Part shown: positions 54,694 to 64,000 of the stretch, in pieces
Position numbering within the stretch: the first letter of the stretch is position 1
Layout: every line of letters starts with the position of its first letter
Assembly (NCBI GenBank): GCA_977017575.1
Contig: CDRNVI010000029.1
Location: forward strand, 744,001 to 808,000
Origin: Paramoeba atlantica
Lineage: Eukaryota; Protista; Discosea
DNA: 64,000 bases
Direction of reading: 5' to 3'
Position numbers and translations under genes: made by a program
Notes under the pieces: generated by a model
What the model saw: the letters and a program-made list of their open reading frames with translations, nothing else
Databases searched by the model: none
Told to the model about the DNA's origin: nothing

Positions 54694-56342
54694 GTGACGG
54701 CGTTAGAGAAGCTAAGACCGACGGTACCGTCCGACACGATCATGAAATCCCTTCCGAAAGCAAGCGCCATATTTCATAAGTGTGGTGCCACGCTTGCAGA
54801 AGAATTATTGGATATGTTGTGTCATGACATAGACACACATGTGTACTATGGTTTAGCGGTAGACGCCGGTATTGATCGCGTCAAGTCGGAGCACGTTCTT
54901 ATCAGCGTGCTATACATGTATGTTGAAAAAAAGGAGTATGTCTTCCCAGCGTTATACACGTCGAAGTATAAAGCTTTCGATGGCAAACTAATGGCGAATG
55001 ATCTCAACACGCTTGTGGGTAACATAAGCCAGGAGCGATTGTTAAAATTAAAGTTCATGATGGTAGACGGAAGCACTGTCAATTATGTTGCCCGAGAAGC
55101 ATGTGAAGGTCATCTTCGAGCTATATACGAGCGAATTCACCCTGTTGGGGCTTCTGATGTGGAAGCATTTGAAAGAGATTCTGCAGCGATCCGAAAATAA
55201 CTTTGCTGTCCTGCATTGGACATACTGAATAACGTATGCTGAATAACGTCTGCAAGACATCGCTACAGATTTATGAGTCACAACCGTCGCTGAAGCTGAA
55301 GCATGAGTTCTGCAAAGCCTTCTATTCGGGTGGTCGAGCGTGTGCATCGAAGGGAAAGTACAAGGCGTTGCTCTCGATCAGGCTCTCATTCGTTTTGACC
55401 CCGAATTTATAAGGATGAAATTTCTTTCCGCCAATATCTTCTCGGACATACAGAAGAAACCCCTTCTCAGTGGAAATTGGTTCTTGAGTCAAAGCTGAAT
55501 GATTGTTCAACGAAATTGAAGGTAATTATTCCACCTGAAACAAGCATTCTACAAGCCAAGCTTGCTGATACTGGAATTGACTGGGCTACCAAATATGCAA
55601 TATTAAAGGAGCGTGACCCGGTGATTATTAGTGCCATGAAGAATGCTAGAGACACTCGTATCGTTGCAACTCCCAAACTCGGCGGGGTTATAAGATGGTG
55701 CACAAACAAATCTACTTGCATGAAATTTCTCTCAGAAGAAATCAGGCTGCTTATGTTGCTCATGAGGCCGGAAGACCGAAGCCGTCTAAATCCATATTGA
55801 GATGCAATGAAACTATCAACAACGTTGGGTGCGATGCGATCGAGTCGGAATGTCGAAATTTTCTTACGGAATGCAAGCCTCTGCATGTCGCCCTAAAAGC
55901 GTTTTCTGATATGATGGGGCAGCCTATGGCAGCGCACGTTGCTCAGACATTAGAGCTACTCTTCGAGCACGCTTCACCTCGGGATGCGCCTCCGGGTTTC
56001 CTAGAAGCATTAAAACATCACAAGCGTCAACTGGAAAAGAACCATAATATGAAGTTTTGGAAGGAGGTTATGTGGTTCAGACCAAGTTGGATAGTGCAAT
56101 GCGCTCGACCATCAAACACTCCCTCAATTTCTTGGAAACGCGCCAAAAATTTCTTTCCCGGATCCCTTTACTGTCCAGAAAATGGTAACGAGCCTCCAAT
56201 TTTTTGCATTACAGAGGAGTGGAAGGAATGTGTAGCACACGAGGACTACAGATGGAATCCGCCCGCACACGCCAACGAATATACCGTTACCCCCCCTTAC
56301 TTAGCCCCCACTTTTTGGCCCAAGACCCGTACTTTATGGTGA
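54694..56342 (+). pseudogene. Possible fragmented hAT-like transposase
   Basis: Consecutive + ORFs contain AVDAGID, MVDGSTVN and DWATKY, loosely matching hAT D/D/RW motifs. Multiple stops. Confidence 0.3.
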
Positions 56343-56389
56343 AGTAAGGGGGGTGGTGAAGTAAGGGGGGTGGTGAAGTAAGGGGGGTG
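56337..56389 (+). repeat. (GGTGAAGTAAGGGGGGT)3 tandem repeat with an inverted copy at ~56290-56305
   Basis: Directly visible. The GAAGTAAGGGGGG motif also occurs at ~42443 and ~57867. Confidence 0.8.
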
Positions 56390-57258
56390 AATGAATGATT
56401 CAAAGTTCGATCAATTTATAGTTCTCTCGAAAATCCTCAAATTATTGAAGTACACTATGCTATCGACATTGAGCGTAATTTCCTTTTCTTGAGTGTTGTA
56501 ATACCTCGTGTTGCACATTCTATATTTTATGTTTCTTTTAGCTTGTCTACAATGTCCCATGGGCTTTTAACTTCCCCCCATCAAAATTACTTACGTCTTG
56601 AGATTTAAATGATGTCGCAGAACATAACCCATTGAACACCAATTTAAATTTTAGAACTACAAAACACTGTGGCGCAACTTTATGATCAAACTGACATGAT
56701 GATGAAACTGACATCGAAGAAAATCGTTCTGAATTAGAAATGGTTCAACATACTAAGAGGGGGGCAACGCGTCTGTGTTGATTGACAGAATATGGCAGAA
56801 TTCGTAAGTGAAAAGCAAAAATAATTCGGCGCCGCTTCGCGGCGCCTACGGTTTTCCCACTTATGTGCTGTATTCTTAACGTATGCTGTATGGGAAGGAT
56901 TGTTGATGGTGCCTGAGATGCAAAATTATCCATTTGGTACTCTTTTTATGAAAGCTTGCGTAAGTAATTCATCGCGGGGGTTGTATCGATCCACAATCTC
57001 AGAGTAATACCACACTACGTGTCGAATGAAGAATGACACTACGTGTCGATGAAGGAGAACCACGCAGATCCCTGTAGCAGAAATTGGTATTCGACTTGGC
57101 GACAGGATGGAATAGAACTGGTGAAAAGTGAAATTGGGTGTACTAGAACCCAGTTTGAATTCGTATCTGTCACGTTTACTAAGCTTACTTAGCAGGCTCG
57201 GGGGAGGTGCTAAAAAACTTCCTAAAACTTTCATTTTCTGGTCTGCGATTTTTACTAC

Positions 57259-57609
57259 ATGTGCAAATCTGAAGAAAGCAATTCCCCTAAAAAGGCTGTG
57301 TGGCCCTCAACACAATTCATTAAGAGCAAAGAGAAAGTCAAAAATACGGAACTTGAAGTTAAAAAGGCAAAAGAGTCGTTGGAGTCTGAGTACACGGATC
57401 TCGATCCCTTTTCGATCACCGTGAAATGTATTCCTGTGGAGGTGGGCAGGGAAAGTTTTCGAACGTTTTTTTCGTCCTTCGGAACGATTGGCAAAATGAC
57501 CCTTCTGTCTAACAAACATCTCGCCTTTGTTTGTTATGAACAGGCGAAACATGCTGAACACACATGCCGATGCATGCAAGTGCATCTAAAAGGAAAAATC
57601 AAAAAGTAA
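57259..57609 (+). CDS. Short RRM-domain ORF (possibly a fragment)
   Basis: ITVKCIP (RNP2-like), FRTFFSSFGTI, HLAFVCYE (RNP1-like). Confidence 0.55.
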   Translation: MCKSEESNSPKKAVWPSTQFIKSKEKVKNTELEVKKAKESLESEYTDLDPFSITVKCIPVEVGRESFRTFFSSFGTIGKMTLLSNKHLAFVCYEQAKHAEHTCRCMQVHLKGKIKK

Positions 57610-60600
57610 CACATGTTACTCATTCATGTTGAAAACAACCACTGCGTTTAGTAGCGCCCATGTCACAGAGCGCGCAAGTTATCCGGCACACATAACAATG
57701 TATTTGCAAGATAACTGAACAAGATAACTGAAAAAGAGATAAATAAAGGAAGATAATTGAAAAAAAGGTGTAGTAGAGCCTTAGAAAACAAAACGGAGAA
57801 TTAAGGGATGGTTAATTACGGGGCAAAATCCTGGTATGACGAAATGTGGTGTGGTAAGGGGGGAGGCGAAGTAAGGGGGGGGAGGTAACGGTAAGTGGTG
57901 GTGTGATGTGGGTGGTCACTATTTCCCGAAAGTTTTTACTGCTGGAAGACATTACTCATGGACGCCGCCGCTGGTCACCAAATATGATTCATGGTTATCG
58001 ATATTGTCGTACATGTTCAATTCACGACAAGCTTCAATTGCACCTCATGTGATCGCTAATCAAATATTTTTCCATGGCAACAGCGAGAAACTTGCCTACT
58101 TAACTGAGCATGTGAATGAAGTGGCGGGTGAGGATGAGACAGACGATGACGATGAAATATCGAATGGCGACCTCAGTGGGGAGAGTAGTTCTGGAGAACA
58201 TTGCATTCAGGAATCATTTTTGGGAATGTTTTGAAAAGCTTTTTTATGGCCGAATAATATACAGTGGTTTCAATTCAACTTCCCCCCCCCCGCGGAATTT
58301 TGAGTTTTTTTGTCCATTTTTGCTCATTTTTGATCTCGTTCCTCTAGTGAAGTGCTTTGGCACCTTTTTTATAATAGGGACCCCCTAGTGCTCATACGTA
58401 TCTCATACTGTGACCCCGCCTTTAATATGCACACGTTTTTGGAGTTTGTGCATATTAAAGGGGGGGGGTGCATAATAAAGGGGGGTGCATAATAGAGGGG
58501 GGGGGGTGCATAATAAAGGGGGGGCGCGCTTCTTCCCTCTCATACTGTATGATTGGTCCTTGGAAATGCTGTTTTTCCTAATATTGCCGTTCTGTTGAGC
58601 CTCGTATTGTTTTATTGCGCTTTGTTGCTTTTCGCTCGACGATCTCTATGGCAATAATTTTTCTGTACCACTTCGTGCCAAGTTGAATGGCAATTGAAAA
58701 AAACGTAAAATGATCTCCTTTTTTAGCTGGCTTCGCAAAGTTTCACGAGCGTTACCCTAGTTATTTGGAGGGGTGACTCCTATCCAGGCGCTTCTAGGCG
58801 CTTCCAGTGAATTTCTATGGAGTTCGGACTTGGTAATTTGAGGATAAGCAATGTAAACCCCCATATGGGGGGACATGGGGGGCACATTTTTTTTATTTTC
58901 TAAAATCTTGTCCAAGGAAGTGGCAGATTGGGCCGCGGCTATCGCTCGGTCCCGGTAATAAGGCATTTTGCACTGCGTCAATAAGAGATGAATGCTGTAA
59001 ATTGTTGTTGTTTTTGTTGGTAACAAGAGCGCCCGCAATACCCTCATGCAAGCGCCGCAAGTACCACTCCGGCTCTAGGGCTCCGCCAGAGTACAGGGAC
59101 GCAAGGCTCTCCTAGGTCGCTTCACTAGTGTGTGTATGTCTGTGCGTGTGAGTCAAGCCGTTTGACTCCGAAGAGCCAAGCAGTTTGACTCCTTCACGCG
59201 TAGGTCGCGCTACCGGTTCTCCACGCGAAGCGTGATCTTCTAACACGAGAGCGTCGAAACCCTCAATCATACAAGAAAAATTGAGACAAAGGTCCTTGGC
59301 GCTTCTAGGCGCTGCCACCCAGAGTCACCCCTCTTAGTATCTTATTATGTTCGTGGATTGTAGATTGTCCAGGCGTTTATCCTAGAAAAGCATCTAGCCT
59401 CCCATGAGAAAGCAGGGGAATTGGGGGAAGGTGCCTCGTCGCAGGATTACCGAAACTCTTTCGAATTTGGTAATGGTATGCAAATCGCCGTGAAGCGACT
59501 ACATACTTGGGTCCGCAGAGCGTAGAACAACCTTCCCCGGGCACGTGGAAAGCTGAGCCGTCGCTATTCAGGACGAATTGGGTTTTACACCAGTTCTTCC
59601 CGAACGCCCCATGATTCCCAAAAGGGAGAGGAACCGGCTTGCTGGCACAGTTCGGGAGTGGCGAGTCTCCTGACTATCCTCTTCTTATCCAGCTCATATT
59701 TATCCTGTAATTCCCTACATGTAGGGCATCAATAGAGATCAGCTAAACGACTTACGTTGAACCTCGGAGAGCCAATCCCCTTGTTACGCATACAGATCTC
59801 GGACGCCTCAGCTCTTGCCTCTAGCCGGTAGTTTCGACGACCAATGATATTGGACCGACACGCGGGTCGTCAATAATTTCTGGGTGGACTACGGTGAAAA
59901 TGCACCCTAAAAAACAAATTTTTGAAAAAACATTCTAACAAAAAACAAATGTGATTCGGCATTATTCTAAGATATTCTAAGACACTTTGCGACAGTTTTC
60001 CCTGATATACACAATAAAATTTATCGATGCCCTGTAAGATCATCAGTGGTAATCTCAGATTTCAAATGAACCGGTTGATCTTCGTCGACACGAAGTTCCC
60101 TCACTAAACAAGATAAATGGATTACCTCATTCGCATGCTGAGACTATGTGGAAGGTTAAAAATTAACGCAGGTTTCATAATATCGGAGTGCATCTGAAAA
60201 AAGCGGCGACATTTGCTGAGTAATGTCTGTAGTGTCCTATAGCTTCGGAATCGGTTTTGTCCCCTCTACCCTTCTAACCTTTGTTTCGAGTATGGGGTAC
60301 CTTGGATGTCTAATGTGACATGCACGATGAACGCCACGACAATCCCATGTCGTGCAAGGAAACTGCCTGAAACTTTGCAAAAATTACTTTCTAGGCATTT
60401 CGTTAAGCGCGGAGGTAATTTTCAACGCAAGGCGCGCAGCAGTGGTGACTTATAAGTCGAAAACAACAACCGCTTTTGAGGAATCGACAAAAAAAACAAA
60501 AATTTCAGGATAGTATGCTTAAAAAATTCATAAGACTCGAACTGCACTTATCTCTACTTGCGAGCCCCGACGAAATACGTTTCAGTAAAGCGAACGATAG

Positions 60601-61291
60601 AATCCTTGTTGGTAGGCGACTGGAAGAATCTACTTGTACATGCATGAATAGCTGTTTACACTGTACTGTTTCAATGACGTGATGCACTATGGATTTACTT
60701 TTCAAGGTTAAAATATGAAATGAAAAGTACAGAGTATATTGCGATTATTTTTAGACAAAATTTTGTTTAATCGAATAGCATCGAACCGTGCACCAAAAAC
60801 TGATGAAACTTATACAAGTTTGGTGATATGTGCTTCTTAGATAATGACATGATATGATCTACAGATTCCTTAAAAACAATCAGCTACAGGACTATACATA
60901 CGAAAAGAAAGCATAACATATACAGCATAAACAGCATAACAGGTGTAGTAACTAACAGTAAGAAACAACGAATAGCTCTCACAACAAGACAGTACAAATA
61001 TACTTATTTCAGAAACTTAATTAGATCACATCAAGAGATATATTCTGGATTCCAATTCCAAAACACATGAATATTTTCAGTTAGATATAGTTGTATGCAG
61101 TGCATCACTTTTTCTGTTTCACTACACAAAAGAGATTCGAAGTAAAAATATATAGTTGAATGTCAAACACAAATTCTGATTCACCAGAAAAACAGAACGA
61201 AGCTAGACTACAGAAATAAGTATGTCAAAAAAATCTATTAAGGCCTAACGTTTCTCCCTAGATATTCACTTCAACGGCGTTCTCAACACTT

Positions 61292-64000
61292 TTACAAATA
61301 GTACGGCATTTGTCGCAGTTCCATTCCCACGTTTGGCTTGGCAGCGGAGGAGGTTCCGTGGAAGAATGCCAACTTGCTTGCGCATTGCAGGACGAAGGGT
61401 GCCTTGATGGATCCGGGCCAGTTCGTGTACATCCAGCACAGGTGGTAGGACATGTTCTCTATAGCTTGCAAGGGCAAACCGCCATCACGGAGCACAAAGT
61501 ACTTGACCGGTTTCGAGGTAGCCAGGGTGCAGTCGACAGCGATTTGGGAAAAGGAGTGGGAGCTGTGCTCGACAACATGTCCACGAGGAATGTTGTGCCA
61601 CTCCACCCGTCCGCCCTTTGATACTGGCGCTGCGTAGCGATCATGAATACGTTTCTGGACTACCATGAAGGTAAGTTCAACGTTTTTGCTTCCGAGTAAT
61701 TTTTCACAGTCCGCCATCTCTTCAACGCGCACACGGTCCATCATGCTGTCTCCCACACCGTCGCGGTACACTACAACGCGTCCGACATTGGAACCTTTCA
61801 CGAGCACCTCGAACACTTCTTCGAGAAATTCCTTCAATGTAGTCATGCTCATGCGATCCATCACTGGGCTACGTCCGTCAGTCTGCTCACTCGCGGCTCC
61901 AGCATTGCGGCGGCTTTCAGTCGATGATCCTCCCATCATCTTCTGTCGGGACACCTGCATGTCTGTGTTGCACAAATGGCTCCACTTTCGAGTCTCCGCA
62001 TTGTAGTACCAGGCTACAAAACCAGCGAGGTTGCGACGTTGATTTTCGAAGGATCCGGATTCACTTGCTTCGCTTTTGCGATCGCTATAGATATCGTAGC
62101 CCACGTAGATGGTGCCATTTGCTCCAAGCTCCGGAACGTTGCTCGGAATGTCAACCAGCCACAATGGCGTACCCATCTTAGCAGTCACATTCTTCGCAAT
62201 GTTGTGAACATAGGGTCCTGCCGTTTTTGCCTTGCTCATCTTGTCAAAGTCTACGAATTGGGAGACGATGCCCATAGACCCCAGTTCGCTCTTCAACGTG
62301 CCGTAGGCATCCTGACCACGTGTGCTGTGGCCGTTGCTGAGGACGCATAGCACAAGGGCGGGTGTACCTTCCGCAATGGCCTGGCGTACGGCATCGGTTC
62401 GCACGGAGTCCAAGCATTTGTCGATAAAGTCGCGGTCGTCTTCACCACTATCGACGAAGGTGACAGGTCCTTTCGCCTTCCATACGCCACGAATGCGTTC
62501 GTTGACATCCATAATTTGACGCACTAAGTCACGAGCCTTAGCACCCCAACCAAAGACTTGGTATTCTTTGCGTTCCTCGTTGAACTGAATCCGCATGGTC
62601 TGGGGAGCGAAATCTTGATTCGGGCGGAGAGTCTCTGGAGAGCCAACGATCTGGACTTTGACGGTCTTCATTTCTTTCGGTTGTATGGTTTCCAATGCCG
62701 CATTCTTGATCTGAAGGCAGTATCCGCTCAGGAGCTCTTTCGGTTCCTGTTCATCGAATCTCTTCACCAACTTGATACACTGATCTTGCATTTCCTCGGG
62801 CATCTTGGAGCATCGCGTCGGAAGGAAGCGTCGTGCTTCAGTGCTTAATTGGTCCACAAGGACGAATTCAGGAATGAGGCGGACGCGGCCGGAGCGCTCA
62901 CCCCAGATAAGAGGCTGATCCGTCTTTGTAACCTCCAACCCATACGTCTCCTTGTAGTAATCCGCATAAGAGATCGTTCGTCCGCTCTTAAGCTCGAAGA
63001 CGGACTCCACCGTCGTCCCCTTATCCACTTTGTAGACCATGTAGTTGCGCTTCCTCGTTCCGTAAGACGTCATCACCTTGAGACCCAGCAGACTGCGCGG
63101 CCCGTTCTTGTTGAGGTAGTCCAGCGCAGTTACACGTGCTTCCACATGACTTCGAGGATGAACAATGAGAACAACACCGTTGTCTGTCAACTGGAATGTT
63201 GCAAAGTAACCAGGTACCACAATCATATCGCGATACACACGTTGCCGAGTGAAATCGCAGTATATTTTTCCTGTTCGGCGAAGATCTAATGATTCCAGAA
63301 TTCGGCATAACACATGATTGTACACTTGCATCGTTTGTTCCTCATTAGAGCGGGGGTTGAGTTGCACCTTAGTGATGTCTTCTTTGCGTAGTTCCATTGT
63401 GGTCTTGAAAGATCCAAGGGAGACTTCACGTGAAAGCGGTTCTTGCAAATGTTCGGAGATATCCTCAAGGCAATAAAAGTTAGTTCCAGAGATGATCAAA
63501 TCGAGCTTCTTGAGGTATTCCTTTTCTAAGACTTGGCGAAGATATCCGAATAGAAGCTTCTTACGTTGAATTTCGCTGATGTTTTCATTTTTCTCGATGC
63601 TGAGGGGATACATGTAGACCTCCGCCTTACTGATGGAGACATTGACAGCATTCCACATTACGTCGCGGCATGGTGCACGCTGACGGAGGGCGTCACGTTC
63701 GGATGCCATCAAACGACCACGTTCCGTCCTGTCTTTATCAGCCCAGAAACGATCCCAACAGCCACTGCAACAGCGTTTATTGGGGACGTCCGCATGCTTT
63801 CCTACTCGGCATAACTTACCACAGCTGTCGCATTTGGCGTACTCGCTCCCAATGAAGGGCATCATGCTTCCGGTGCCCGGACCACCTCCCATGGGACCGC
63901 CCATCGGACGGGGACCACCGGGTGCACCACCCGGAGGGCCACCTGGTCGTCCTCCAGGAGCTGGGCCACGATCGTCTCTTCGGTAGTTGTCGTTTCGGCG
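61292..64000 (-). CDS. PIWI-type Argonaute, copy 3 (5' end beyond the window)
   Basis: Nearly identical to copies 1 and 2. The RRDD repeat is cut by the window edge. Confidence 0.95.
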   Translation of the reverse strand, partial: RRNDNYRRDDRGPAPGGRPGGPPGGAPGGPRPMGGPMGGGPGTGSMMPFIGSEYAKCDSCGKLCRVGKHADVPNKRCCSGCWDRFWADKDRTERGRLMASERDALRQRAPCRDVMWNAVNVSISKAEVYMYPLSIEKNENISEIQRKKLLFGYLRQVLEKEYLKKLDLIISGTNFYCLEDISEHLQEPLSREVSLGSFKTTMELRKEDITKVQLNPRSNEEQTMQVYNHVLCRILESLDLRRTGKIYCDFTRQRVYRDMIVVPGYFATFQLTDNGVVLIVHPRSHVEARVTALDYLNKNGPRSLLGLKVMTSYGTRKRNYMVYKVDKGTTVESVFELKSGRTISYADYYKETYGLEVTKTDQPLIWGERSGRVRLIPEFVLVDQLSTEARRFLPTRCSKMPEEMQDQCIKLVKRFDEQEPKELLSGYCLQIKNAALETIQPKEMKTVKVQIVGSPETLRPNQDFAPQTMRIQFNEERKEYQVFGWGAKARDLVRQIMDVNERIRGVWKAKGPVTFVDSGEDDRDFIDKCLDSVRTDAVRQAIAEGTPALVLCVLSNGHSTRGQDAYGTLKSELGSMGIVSQFVDFDKMSKAKTAGPYVHNIAKNVTAKMGTPLWLVDIPSNVPELGANGTIYVGYDIYSDRKSEASESGSFENQRRNLAGFVAWYYNAETRKWSHLCNTDMQVSRQKMMGGSSTESRRNAGAASEQTDGRSPVMDRMSMTTLKEFLEEVFEVLVKGSNVGRVVVYRDGVGDSMMDRVRVEEMADCEKLLGSKNVELTFMVVQKRIHDRYAAPVSKGGRVEWHNIPRGHVVEHSSHSFSQIAVDCTLATSKPVKYFVLRDGGLPLQAIENMSYHLCWMYTNWPGSIKAPFVLQCASKLAFFHGTSSAAKPNVGMELRQMPYYL

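Noticed and set aside
37097-64000. PIWI triplication as a pure assembly artefact
   Set aside because: The copies have private substitutions, different flanks and a filled-versus-empty transposon site. Haplotype stacking is not fully excluded.

Overview
Eukaryotic, apparently intron-free protist DNA, not a prokaryotic window. A prokinetoplastid/Perkinsela-like origin is inferred from intronless MCM5/WAPL-like genes, co-directional gene clusters, the LRR protein type, and Merlin and CRE/SLACS-like elements. This taxonomy is unconfirmed. Layout: (i) 1.2-7.9 kb, a + strand gene cluster (Zn-finger hypothetical, GDE1-like GDPD, SRR1-like). (ii) ~8-26 kb, a dense nest of transposons: CRE-like and RTE-like non-LTR elements, two tRNA-derived SINE families, a Merlin inactivated by a SINE, and Tc1/mariner relics. 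(iii) 26.7-36.5 kb, a - strand cluster (WAPL-like, LRR, nicotinamidase, MCM5). (iv) 37-64 kb, a tandem array of three nearly identical PIWI-type Argonaute genes. Each PIWI gene has an (RRDDY)n head and a Cys cluster where visible, and an apparently degenerate slicer tetrad. The spacers between them are packed with transposons that are mostly antisense to the PIWI genes. These include an intact bacterial-type IS30 transposase element that splits a eukaryotic retrotransposon at a definable codon, and a two-ORF Tc1-like element with DD52E spacing whose empty site is visible in the sister repeat. All protein-family calls come from motif recognition by eye; no database search was run.
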